Shown: piece after piece, positions 1 through 8,972 of the stretch
How positions within the stretch are numbered: position 1 is the first letter of the stretch
Layout of the letters: each line of letters opens with the position of its first letter
Assembly (NCBI GenBank): GCA_902600475.1
Contig: CACKJM010000003.1
Location: forward strand, 24,034 to 88,033
Source of the DNA: an uncultured Prochlorococcus sp.
GTDB taxonomy: Bacteria > Cyanobacteriota > Cyanobacteriia > PCC-6307 > Cyanobiaceae
Direction: 5' to 3'
DNA length: 64,000 nucleotides
Notes under the pieces: generated by a model
What the model saw: only the letters and a program-made list of their open reading frames with translations
Told to the model about the DNA's origin: nothing
Databases searched by the model: none
Program-made: the position numbers and the translations under genes

Positions 1-1
1 T

Positions 2-2989
2 TCAAAATTAAATGACGTTTTTGAAAGACAAGAAAGATGTGAAATTTTAGAAAATGAACTGCAATCTAGTAAATATAAGCTTGAAAAAGAATGTGAAAAA
101 GCAAAGCGATATAAAGAGTTAAAGGCAAAACTATTACAAATAATAGAATTAGAGAAAGTTCTTATTTTTGATAAACAAGTTAAGCATGTTGAATCTATAG
201 AAAAAAAAGAAAGTGAAATTGAAAAAAATAAAATTTTATTTACTAAACAAAAAGAATCTATAAGTAAAGAAATATCAGTCTTAGAAGATGCTTTGAAAAT
301 ACTTTTTGATGAGCTTAAGGAGAAAGGAGAGGATAAATTGATAAAAGTGAATTCTGATATTGGAAGTATTAATTCTAGCTTGAGAGAACTTGATAGGATA
401 TCAAGTCTGAATAAAGAAGAAGGTATTAAATTACAAAAGAAGAGAGATGAACTTGCAATTTCTAAGAGGAATATCGAGTCCGATAAGATGAGACAAGAAA
501 ATTTCGATGATAATTTTTTAAATCAATTGAATTTGCAAATTGATGATCTCACTTTAAAACACAAACTATCCAGAAAAAAACTTTCTGATGCAGCTGGTGA
601 GTCTGGAGAATTTTCAAAACAAAGTATCAAATTAAATGCTGAGCTTGAAAGTATAAAAAATCAAATTAATCCTTTGGAAATAAAAAAAAGGAAAATTGAA
701 GAAGAAACTATTCAAAATAATATTCAAAAAGATGAGATATTGTCTCAGATCGACTCATTAGACTTAGAAAAGCAGAAGCTTTTTGAGGGAAATCAAAGAA
801 ACAAAGAGACATCCGATACAAAAAATAAAAACTTGGCAAGTAATAGTGAAGAAATTAATTCTTTAAATCATGAAATTGATTTATTAATTAAAACTAAATC
901 AAGGCTAAATAACGAGCAATTAAGGCTTGAAAAGGATTTATCTAGATTCGAAAGTAGGAAGGAAGCTTTAAACGAATCTCGAGGTTCATATGCTCTCAGA
1001 ATTCTCTTAGAAGCAGGGTTAGAGGGTATACATGGTTATGTAGCTCAACTTGGAGAGGTCAGTGAGAAAAATAGATATGCATTAGAAATTGCTGCTGGAA
1101 ACAGATTAGGACAAATTGTTGTTGATAATGATCATATTGCTGCTAAGGCTATTGAAATTCTTAAAAAGAAGAAAGCAGGAAGATTAACTTTTTTACCTTT
1201 AAATAGAATTAAAAGTCAAAAAAAGAATTATGCAATTTCACGATTTGAAAATAACAGAGAGAATGGATTTATTGATAAAGCTATTAATCTAATTACTTTT
1301 GATGAAGTCTATTCAGATGTTTTTAGATATGTTTTTGGAGATACTTTGGTTTTTTCAGACTTATCCTCAGCTAGGTTATCTACACAAAAAAATAGGTTGG
1401 TTACCTTAAGTGGTGAATTATTAGAAGCAAGTGGTGCTATTACAGGAGGGAGCAAGTTAAATAAAGATTTGGCTTATAGGTTTGGAATTAACAATGATAT
1501 TGATGATTCCAGTCCTATAAAAGAAAGATTATTAGTTATCGAAGAAGCTTTAAAAGAGTCAAATAATGATTTGATAATAAAAAATAATAGACTTAGTAAA
1601 TTAAATTCTAACCGCAGTCAAATAATTGAGGATTGTGCCTCATTTAATAAAGAAATTGAAGTTAATCAAGATTCTCTTAAGGCTGTCTCTCAAAGAATTG
1701 AGGATTGTAAATCGAGATTAAATAAACTTGATACTGCTAATAAATTATTAGTTAACGAGTTAGATCATTTAAAAAATGAATTGAAGCCTTATCATGATAA
1801 GTTTGATCAATTACAAACCATTCAAAAGGTAAATTATGAAAAAAATAAAAAATCATCATTATTAGTTTTTAATAACGATTTTAATAATCTTGATAAAAAA
1901 CTTGAATTACTTATTCAGGAGAGAGATACATTAATAGATAAAAAGAATCAATTTGCTTTAAATAAAGAGCGCATCAATAATTCATTAAAAATTAATTTGC
2001 TACAAGAAAAAAACTTGCAGGAATCTATTAAACAACTCGCAATTGCTCATAGTGAATGGATAGAAAAAAGAGATGAATTTAAAAAAGAGCTTTTAGATCT
2101 CGATAATCAAAAAAATTCTCTAGAGAAGGATTTAGGTTTATTGAGAAGAAAAAGAGATGAATTAAACTCTTCAATTTCAAATAAAAGGCAAGAATATAAT
2201 AACTATCTGTTGAAGCTTGAATATCTTGAAAGGGATATGCATTCTCTTAAAGAAGAGATGAGGAGCGAGAAAATAAAATTAGAAAATTATAAAAAAGATC
2301 TACCTAAACCTTTGCCGGAGTTTGGAGAATATGAAGGCAAGAGTCTTGAATCTTTGCAATCAGAAATTTCGATAATAAATGCAAAACTACAAAGCTTAGA
2401 ACCTGTTAATATGTTGGCTCTTGATGAACTAGAAGAATTAATTGAGAGATTAAATGGTTTGCGAGAAAAATTAGAAATTCTATCTAGTGAAAGATCTGAA
2501 TTATTGCTGAGAATAGAAAATGTATCTACGATGCGTCAGGAGGCTTTTATGCAAGCATTTATAGAAGTTGATAGACACTTTAGAGAAATTTTTGCAAATT
2601 TATCTGATGGAGATGGATTTCTACAACTTGAAAATCCTAATTCTCCTTTAGAAGGAGGATTAACTTTAGTGGCTCATCCTAAGGGAAAAAATGTCAGAAG
2701 ATTAGCCTCTATGTCAGGTGGTGAAAAATCGTTAACTGCTTTAAGTTTTTTATTTGCATTGCAAAAGTATAAACCTTCACCTTTTTATGCATTAGATGAG
2801 GTTGATAGTTTTTTAGATGGTATTAATGTTGAAAGGTTGTCAAAACTAATATCGAATCAGTCATCAAATGCTCAATTTATAGTCGTAAGTCATAGAAGGC
2901 CTATGATTAGTGCGTCTGAACGAACAATTGGGGTTGCGCAAGCAAGAGGTGCTAATACTCAAGTTCTTGGGTTACCAAATGCTGCATAA
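2..2989 (+). CDS. smc: Chromosome segregation protein SMC (5'-truncated by window edge)
   Basis: Frame is open from base 2, upstream of the track's 293 start. Long coiled coil, hinge (GIHGYVAQLG...GRLTFLPL), signature MSGGEKSL, Walker B/D-loop ALDEVDSFLD, QFIVVSH. Confidence 0.97.
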   Translation, partial: SKLNDVFERQERCEILENELQSSKYKLEKECEKAKRYKELKAKLLQIIELEKVLIFDKQVKHVESIEKKESEIEKNKILFTKQKESISKEISVLEDALKILFDELKEKGEDKLIKVNSDIGSINSSLRELDRISSLNKEEGIKLQKKRDELAISKRNIESDKMRQENFDDNFLNQLNLQIDDLTLKHKLSRKKLSDAAGESGEFSKQSIKLNAELESIKNQINPLEIKKRKIEEETIQNNIQKDEILSQIDSLDLEKQKLFEGNQRNKETSDTKNKNLASNSEEINSLNHEIDLLIKTKSRLNNEQLRLEKDLSRFESRKEALNESRGSYALRILLEAGLEGIHGYVAQLGEVSEKNRYALEIAAGNRLGQIVVDNDHIAAKAIEILKKKKAGRLTFLPLNRIKSQKKNYAISRFENNRENGFIDKAINLITFDEVYSDVFRYVFGDTLVFSDLSSARLSTQKNRLVTLSGELLEASGAITGGSKLNKDLAYRFGINNDIDDSSPIKERLLVIEEALKESNNDLIIKNNRLSKLNSNRSQIIEDCASFNKEIEVNQDSLKAVSQRIEDCKSRLNKLDTANKLLVNELDHLKNELKPYHDKFDQLQTIQKVNYEKNKKSSLLVFNNDFNNLDKKLELLIQERDTLIDKKNQFALNKERINNSLKINLLQEKNLQESIKQLAIAHSEWIEKRDEFKKELLDLDNQKNSLEKDLGLLRRKRDELNSSISNKRQEYNNYLLKLEYLERDMHSLKEEMRSEKIKLENYKKDLPKPLPEFGEYEGKSLESLQSEISIINAKLQSLEPVNMLALDELEELIERLNGLREKLEILSSERSELLLRIENVSTMRQEAFMQAFIEVDRHFREIFANLSDGDGFLQLENPNSPLEGGLTLVAHPKGKNVRRLASMSGGEKSLTALSFLFALQKYKPSPFYALDEVDSFLDGINVERLSKLISNQSSNAQFIVVSHRRPMISASERTIGVAQARGANTQVLGLPNAA

Positions 2990-3034
2990 ACACACTTTTT
3001 TAAATTTATACGTCAGAATGATAAAAAGAAATTT

Positions 3035-4093
3035 ATGAGCTTGTCTAACACATCTGCTAATAAGAATCTCCCTAACTCAGTTCCTAGCGAACGTTTATGG
3101 TTAAGGTCAGAATTAATGGGAACACAAGTGATAACTACTGATACTGGGAGGCGGCTAGGCGTAGTTGGCGAAGTTGTTGTTGATATCGATAGAAGAGAGG
3201 TAGTCGCTTTAGGACTAAGAGATAATCCACTTACAAGATTTTTACCAGGGTTGCCAAAATGGATGCCTTTAGAAAGTATAAAGCAAGTTGGAGATGTCAT
3301 ATTGGTTGACTCCCTAGATTCTTTGAGTGAGAGTTTTTCTCCAGAAAGATATGGGAAGGTAATTAACTGTCAAGTGATTACAGAATCTGGACAACTTTTA
3401 GGAAGAGTCCTTGGCTTTTCTTTTGATATTGAGACTGGGAATTTGATATCTCTTGTTGTGGGTGCTGTTGGTGTTCCTCTTTTAGGTGAGGGAGTTTTAA
3501 GTACTTGGGAAATAACTGTTGAGGAAATTGTAAGTAGTGGTACCGATAGGATTATTGTTTATGAAGGTGCGGAAGAGAAATTGAAGCAACTAAGTAGTGG
3601 ACTTCTTGAGAAACTTGGAGTTGGGGGTTCTGCATGGGATGAAAGGGAAGTAAATGGATACTCAGCAAATCTTGTACCTGTTGAGAATCAGTTACTTTCA
3701 GGTTCTGAATCAGAACAGCAAAACAATTTGGTCGAGGAATATGAAGAAGTTGTTGAACAAGATGATTATGAAGATGATTATGAAGATGATGATTATGAAG
3801 ATGAACTTGAATATGTTGAAATAAAGGGTTCTGCAGATGAAATAAATAATAGAAAAAAGCTATACATGGATAATGATGATTCTGATCAGATCGAGAATCA
3901 AAAGAGTGTTAATCAAATAGATGAAAAAAACAACATTGACTTTAAGCAAAAAAAACAATCAACTAATAGTTTAGGTTCGAAAAGACCAATTCTAAATGCA
4001 ACTGAAACTTTAGATATTGAACCAATAGATGAACAAAATTTAGTTCAAGATAATAAAAAATCAGAAAAGTTTGAAATTGATGATCCCTGGTAA
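3035..4093 (+). CDS. Tandem PRC-barrel domain protein with acidic C-terminal tail
   Basis: Two PRC-barrel-like repeats (LMGTQVITTDTGRRLGVV; INCQVITESGQLLGRV), a D/E-rich tail and a terminal DDPW. Confidence 0.85.
   Translation: MSLSNTSANKNLPNSVPSERLWLRSELMGTQVITTDTGRRLGVVGEVVVDIDRREVVALGLRDNPLTRFLPGLPKWMPLESIKQVGDVILVDSLDSLSESFSPERYGKVINCQVITESGQLLGRVLGFSFDIETGNLISLVVGAVGVPLLGEGVLSTWEITVEEIVSSGTDRIIVYEGAEEKLKQLSSGLLEKLGVGGSAWDEREVNGYSANLVPVENQLLSGSESEQQNNLVEEYEEVVEQDDYEDDYEDDDYEDELEYVEIKGSADEINNRKKLYMDNDDSDQIENQKSVNQIDEKNNIDFKQKKQSTNSLGSKRPILNATETLDIEPIDEQNLVQDNKKSEKFEIDDPW
3761..3805 (+). repeat. In-frame 12-bp tandem repeat GATGATTATGAA x3 (DDYE)
   Basis: Copies at 3761, 3773 and 3788 (one extra GAT between the last two), followed by GATGAA. 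Confidence 0.9.
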
Positions 4094-4096
4094 TTG

Positions 4097-5362
4097 TTAA
4101 AGTTTTGTTATTGAATTAATAATTATAGAAGCAAGTTGTTTTGCAGCACCTTTATCGCCTCTTTCTTTGTGTAGATTATCCCTAATCCTTTTTAATTGAT
4201 CTCTATTTTTAATAAGACATAAAACTTCTCTTGCAATTTTTATTGGCGAAATATTACCTATTCTTTCAGGTACAATCATTCTTTTAGCTTTAATATTTGG
4301 CCAAGCAAAAAACTTCTTTTTTTTAAAATAAAAATTTTTAACTATAAAAGTTAGGAATCTATTTATGAATGAAATTTTTCCAATTACTCCAAAAATTCCA
4401 TCCCATGCATTCATCATATTTAAATGTTGAGTTGGCAGAACAACTAACATTGGAAGACTAATTGCTGCTAATTCTGCAGTATTTGCTCCTACAGTTGTAA
4501 TTGCAAGATCACATTCTTTCAATATTTCATAGCAAGGATGTTTCTTGATTAGATAAATCTTTGTATTTCTTGATGTTTTAATTACATAATCAAAACGAGA
4601 GGATTTGAAGTTTTTAATTGTTTTGATTTTTGATGAGTAATATTTAGCAATTGGATTTTTGTCGCTTTGAAAAAATAAATATTCACTTTTATCAGTAGTT
4701 GGTGCAATGGGAATTATAAAATTTATATTTTGATTTTCTTCAGCGATATGATCTGCAACTTCTAAGAAGAAAGGAATTCCAACAGAAAGCTTTGCTTTCT
4801 TAGAACCAGGCAACAATGCAATGTAGTGTTTTTCTTTATTTCGTAATGATATTTCGCTATTTAGTTTGATATCTGCCATTAAATCGCCAATGACTTTGCA
4901 TTTATATTTATATCTTTTAGGTATTAACTCTTTTACTTTTACATTCATGGCAGCAATTTCGTCGGTCCATTTAGGCCATCGAGAAACCCATTCAGCATAT
5001 GTGATATTTAAATAACCTAATCTTTTCGCTAATAAAATGCTCCAAAATTGATCCCCACCAAGGAAAATAACTACCCCTTTTTTGGGCCAATTAGCAAAAT
5101 AATGTGGATTTATTAATAATTTCCAAAAACTTTTGGATTTTGTAATTAATTCGAATTTATTCCATGAATTTGCAACTAAAAATTCTTTACCAGTGGCATT
5201 TGGGCAAGGAACAAGGACTAACCTAAGGGTGAAATCGTTTTTATCGTCATCACAAAGTGTTTTATTTATTTTGTTAATCTCATTCACAACAGGATTTACC
5301 CATGTAGCTAATTCACCAGGACCATTGGAAATTATAACTACTGCAACTGATTTTTTTTTCAT
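4097..5362 (-). CDS. LpxB-like (lipid-A-disaccharide synthase-related) GT-B glycosyltransferase
   Basis: SNGPGEL N-terminal motif, ALLPGSK, TTVGANTAE, FAWPNI. Start moved to ATG 5362 because the longer ORF overlaps the tRNA. Confidence 0.8.
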   Translation of the reverse strand: MKKKSVAVVIISNGPGELATWVNPVVNEINKINKTLCDDDKNDFTLRLVLVPCPNATGKEFLVANSWNKFELITKSKSFWKLLINPHYFANWPKKGVVIFLGGDQFWSILLAKRLGYLNITYAEWVSRWPKWTDEIAAMNVKVKELIPKRYKYKCKVIGDLMADIKLNSEISLRNKEKHYIALLPGSKKAKLSVGIPFFLEVADHIAEENQNINFIIPIAPTTDKSEYLFFQSDKNPIAKYYSSKIKTIKNFKSSRFDYVIKTSRNTKIYLIKKHPCYEILKECDLAITTVGANTAELAAISLPMLVVLPTQHLNMMNAWDGIFGVIGKISFINRFLTFIVKNFYFKKKKFFAWPNIKAKRMIVPERIGNISPIKIAREVLCLIKNRDQLKRIRDNLHKERGDKGAAKQLASIIINSITKL

Positions 5363-5387
5363 TGCAGTTAAACCAAAATACATTAAG

Positions 5388-5469
5388 TGCGGACGGCGAG
5401 ACTTGAACTCGCAAGGCCGAAGCCACACGCTCCTTAGACGTGCGCGTCTACCAATTCCGCCACGTCCGC
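5388..5469 (-). tRNA. tRNA-Leu (anticodon AAG)
   Basis: Reverse complement folds as a cloverleaf: acceptor GCGGACG/CGTCCGC+A, D arm GCG-GAATTGGTAGA-CGC, anticodon stem CACGT/GCGTG with loop CTAAGGA, long variable arm, T arm GCGAG-TTCAAGT-CTCGC. CCA is not encoded. Confidence 0.96.
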
Positions 5470-5727
5470 AAAGGGTTTTCAGTAACCGGGGGATGCCTAA
5501 ACCTTAAAAATATCATACATTATTGTCTGAAATAAGCATGTAGTTCTAAAAGAGTTTTTTGAATATGATGAATAATTTTTCTATTGCATAAAACAAATAT
5601 TTATACATATATAACGTTTTAGGTTGTATTGTAAAAAATGTCCTCTGATCACTAAAAAATTTGTTGAATACTTTGGCAAATAATTTTTTATTTTAAGTCA
5701 TTTCATTTCTTCAATTGTATTTTCATA

Positions 5728-7077
5728 ATGGTTGAAAAAGTTTTAATTGCTAATCGTGGAGAAATTGCTTTACGAATTGTCAGAAGTTGTAGAGAACTAG
5801 GTATTGCAACCGTTGCAGTTTTTAGCACTGTAGATAAAAAAGCATTACATGTTCAGCTTGCTGATGAAGCGGTTTGCGTTGGAGATTCATTAAGTAATAA
5901 GAGTTATTTAAATATTCCAAATATACTTGCTGCTGCTACATCGAGAGGGGTTGATGCAATTCATCCTGGTTATGGATTTCTTGCAGAAAATGATAAATTT
6001 GCTGAGATGTGTAACGATCACGGCATAGTTTTTATTGGCCCATCTCCTAAAGCTATTAGATCTATGGGAGATAAATCTACAGCTAAAGAAACTATGGAAG
6101 CAGTTGGAGTTCCAACAGTACCTGGTAGTAAAGGCTTGTTATCAAATGTTGATGAGGCTTATAAATTGGCAGATGATATTGGCTATCCGGTAATTATAAA
6201 AGCGACTGCTGGAGGAGGTGGAAGAGGTATGAGGTTGGTTGAAAACTCTGATAATCTCGAAAAAATGTTTAAAGCAGCTCAAGGCGAAGCAGAAGCAGCT
6301 TTTGGTAATGATGGTTTATATATGGAGAAATTTATAAAGAAGCCAAGACATGTAGAAATTCAAATTTTGGCCGACAGGTCGGGAAATGTTGTTCATTTAG
6401 GAGAGCGAGATTGTTCAGTTCAAAGAAGACATCAGAAGTTGCTAGAAGAGTCTCCTAGTCCTGCAATTAACACTGAGCTAAGAAAAAAAATGGGGAATGC
6501 AGCTATTGCTGCTGCAAAAAGTATCGGCTACGAAGGAGCGGGGACAGTTGAATTTTTAGTTGATGACGATGATAATTTTTATTTTATGGAGATGAATACT
6601 AGGATTCAAGTTGAACATCCTGTTACTGAAATGGTTACAGGAGTTGATTTAATAGCTGAGCAAATTAAAATCGCAAGCGGAGCAAATTTGGAATTTAATC
6701 AGGATGATATTCATTTAAACGGCCATGCCATTGAATGTAGGATCAATGCTGAAGATCCTTCGCACAATTTTCGACCATCACCTGGAAAAATAACTGGGTG
6801 GCTTCCTCCTGGTGGTCCTGGTGTAAGGGTGGATAGTCATGTTTATACAGGCTATGAAATACCTCCTTTCTATGACTCATTAATTGGTAAATTAATAGTC
6901 TGGGGAAAAGATCGGAATACTGCAATTAAACGTATGAATAGGGCTTTAAATGAATGTGCAGTAACTGGTATTCCTACAACAATAAACTTTCATCTAACTT
7001 TACTGAATAAATCTAAATTTAAGCAGGGTAAGATACATACTAAATATGTAGAAGAAGAATTATTGCCAAATTACTGA
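5728..7077 (+). CDS. accC: Acetyl-CoA carboxylase, biotin carboxylase subunit
   Basis: [45 protein letters not shown]. Confidence 0.98.
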   Translation: MVEKVLIANRGEIALRIVRSCRELGIATVAVFSTVDKKALHVQLADEAVCVGDSLSNKSYLNIPNILAAATSRGVDAIHPGYGFLAENDKFAEMCNDHGIVFIGPSPKAIRSMGDKSTAKETMEAVGVPTVPGSKGLLSNVDEAYKLADDIGYPVIIKATAGGGGRGMRLVENSDNLEKMFKAAQGEAEAAFGNDGLYMEKFIKKPRHVEIQILADRSGNVVHLGERDCSVQRRHQKLLEESPSPAINTELRKKMGNAAIAAAKSIGYEGAGTVEFLVDDDDNFYFMEMNTRIQVEHPVTEMVTGVDLIAEQIKIASGANLEFNQDDIHLNGHAIECRINAEDPSHNFRPSPGKITGWLPPGGPGVRVDSHVYTGYEIPPFYDSLIGKLIVWGKDRNTAIKRMNRALNECAVTGIPTTINFHLTLLNKSKFKQGKIHTKYVEEELLPNY

Positions 7078-7096
7078 GAAATAATTAAATAATTTT

Positions 7097-7411
7097 CTAT
7101 GAAATATGTGTATGCAATGCAAGTTTTATAAGCCCTTGCTGACCGACTAAAATTTCTCTTAAAAAGCTTATAACTCCGATCCAAATTACGGGTCCGACAT
7201 CAACCCCTCCAATAGGAGGAATTAGTTTTCTTGTGAAATTAAGAATAGAGCTTGATGGTATTGAAATTAATAACCATAAACCTTTACTTAAATCAATTTT
7301 TGGGTACCAAGTAAGAATTAATCTTATTAGAAAAACTATAGTTAGATATGAAAGAGAAATTCCTAAACTAATATCTAAAATTTGAAGAGAGTTTACAAGC
7401 AAGGAAATCAC
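7097..7411 (-). CDS. YggT/Ycf19 family membrane protein
   Basis: RLILTWYP and RKLIPPIGGVDVGP motifs. Confidence 0.9.
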   Translation of the reverse strand: MISLLVNSLQILDISLGISLSYLTIVFLIRLILTWYPKIDLSKGLWLLISIPSSSILNFTRKLIPPIGGVDVGPVIWIGVISFLREILVGQQGLIKLALHTHIS

Positions 7412-7492
7412 AATTATTTAATTCATCTTAATAAATAACCCATTGAAACGTATTTAATTCGTATTATAAATTGAGAATTTAATATTTAAAAA

Positions 7493-7678
7493 GTGTTTCA
7501 AATTTCAAATTTATTACTAGCCGCAGATTTTTCTGCTGAAGTTGCAAATAATTCCGCAGTTGGAATGATAGGTAGTTTTATTGCCGCTGCCTTAATTATC
7601 GTTATTCCAGCCACTGCATTTTTGATTTTTGTTAGCCAGAAAGATTCTCTCGATCGTACTTCTACTGGAAGACGCTAG
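7493..7678 (+). CDS. psbX: Photosystem II reaction center protein X
   Basis: Single TM helix ending [16 protein letters not shown], in the usual yggT-psbX-ycf66 context. Confidence 0.88.
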   Translation: MFQISNLLLAADFSAEVANNSAVGMIGSFIAAALIIVIPATAFLIFVSQKDSLDRTSTGRR

Positions 7679-7758
7679 TTTTTGTAGAAGTTTTAAGTAC
7701 ACTATATATATAGGGGATTTAAGTAACCCTTTAAAAAATAAATTTTTGGAGAAAGAAT

Positions 7759-8688
7759 GTGGTCAATGCTAGTCTCAATTGGGCCAGTATTGTTGGTATA
7801 GTTCTCGCGGTATGTGGAGGCGGCCTTTATTTTTTGAGGTCCTTTAAGCCTGCCTTGGCAAGAGATTATGATGTTTTCTTCGCAGCAATTGGACTGTTGT
7901 GCGGAGGAATATTATTTTTTCAAGGCTGGAGGTTAGATCCTATCCTTCAGTTTGGTCAGTTTTTATTAGCAGGAACTACAGTCTTTTTTGCATATGAAAG
8001 TGTGCGATTGAGGGGAGTTGCTACTGATCAAGCTAGAAGATCATCTTATTTTGATGATGATCCTATTTCTGATGTTCCCAGAAATTCTAGAGGACGATTT
8101 AATGACGATTATGATAGGTTTGAAGAATCTGAAAGATCATCCAGAAGATTTAAACCTCAAGAAGATGAATTTGAAGAAGACTATACTGAGGGGAGATCTC
8201 GTAGGAGGAACGTTTCAAGAGCTATACCCTCTGCTGCAGCAAGTAGAAGTAGGCCATCTACGAGGAAAATAAGTCAGTTTGAAAATGACGAACCTTTAAG
8301 AAGGAGAAGACAGACTTCTGAAGATAGAAATAGTAAACAACCAGAAACAAATAACTTTGGTGAGAGAAGAAATTTATCTCGCGATGAAGTTAAAACAGGG
8401 TCAAGACCCAGAATGAATCGTACAGTTTCTAGACGAGATAATATCTCTGCTCCTAGGGATTCTTCTCCATTAAGAAAAAAACCTACTAGTTCCCCTATTA
8501 GACAGCAAACTTCAACATCTCAAGTAGAAGATGCTTCATTTAAAGATGCTAATCAAGCCAAAAAAACACGTGAGACTCGTAGAGTAACCTCTTCAGCTAG
8601 ATCAAGTTCAAAAAATCAAAATAGTAGATATAACGTTGGAACAAACAAGAAGAAACCAAGAGATAATAGTTCTAGATTTGATGATTAA
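7759..8688 (+). CDS. ycf66: Ycf66 family protein
   Basis: N-terminal LARDYDVFFAAIGLLCGGILFFQGWRLDPILQFGQ motif, then an R/S/D/E low-complexity tail. Confidence 0.92.
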   Translation: MVNASLNWASIVGIVLAVCGGGLYFLRSFKPALARDYDVFFAAIGLLCGGILFFQGWRLDPILQFGQFLLAGTTVFFAYESVRLRGVATDQARRSSYFDDDPISDVPRNSRGRFNDDYDRFEESERSSRRFKPQEDEFEEDYTEGRSRRRNVSRAIPSAAASRSRPSTRKISQFENDEPLRRRRQTSEDRNSKQPETNNFGERRNLSRDEVKTGSRPRMNRTVSRRDNISAPRDSSPLRKKPTSSPIRQQTSTSQVEDASFKDANQAKKTRETRRVTSSARSSSKNQNSRYNVGTNKKKPRDNSSRFDD

Positions 8689-8964
8689 TTATAAGATTCC
8701 TGTCCATTTTAAGAACGATTGTTTACTAAATAATTCAATCAATACTATTGCGAGGAAGCCAATCATTGCAAATCTTCCATTAGTTATTTCAGAATAACTA
8801 CTCCATCCAAATTGATATTCATCTTTAATTTCTATAGATTTTTCATCTAATTTATTTTCTCTAATTTGTTCACTCATGTAACTTGAATCTTTCTGCTGTT
8901 CTATCAGACTCTCATTCTCTAAATTAGTGACTTCTGAGTTAGTTTGTTCTTCTTTAGAATTCAT
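8689..8964 (-). CDS. hli: High-light-inducible protein (Hli/SCP) with N-terminal extension
   Basis: Chlorophyll-binding motif SEITNGRFAMIGF (ExxNGRxAM). Confidence 0.92.
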   Translation of the reverse strand: MNSKEEQTNSEVTNLENESLIEQQKDSSYMSEQIRENKLDEKSIEIKDEYQFGWSSYSEITNGRFAMIGFLAIVLIELFSKQSFLKWTGIL

Positions 8965-8972
8965 TTTTTTTA

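Noticed and set aside
5133-5507. 124-aa + strand ORF, and the 5363-5428 extension of the LpxB-like ORF
   Set aside because: Both run across the tRNA-Leu gene; the reading frames are open by chance in GC-rich tRNA sequence.
7712-7732. AGGGG...CCCTT hairpin after psbX as a terminator
   Set aside because: Only a 5-bp stem with a 10-nt loop and no U-tract.
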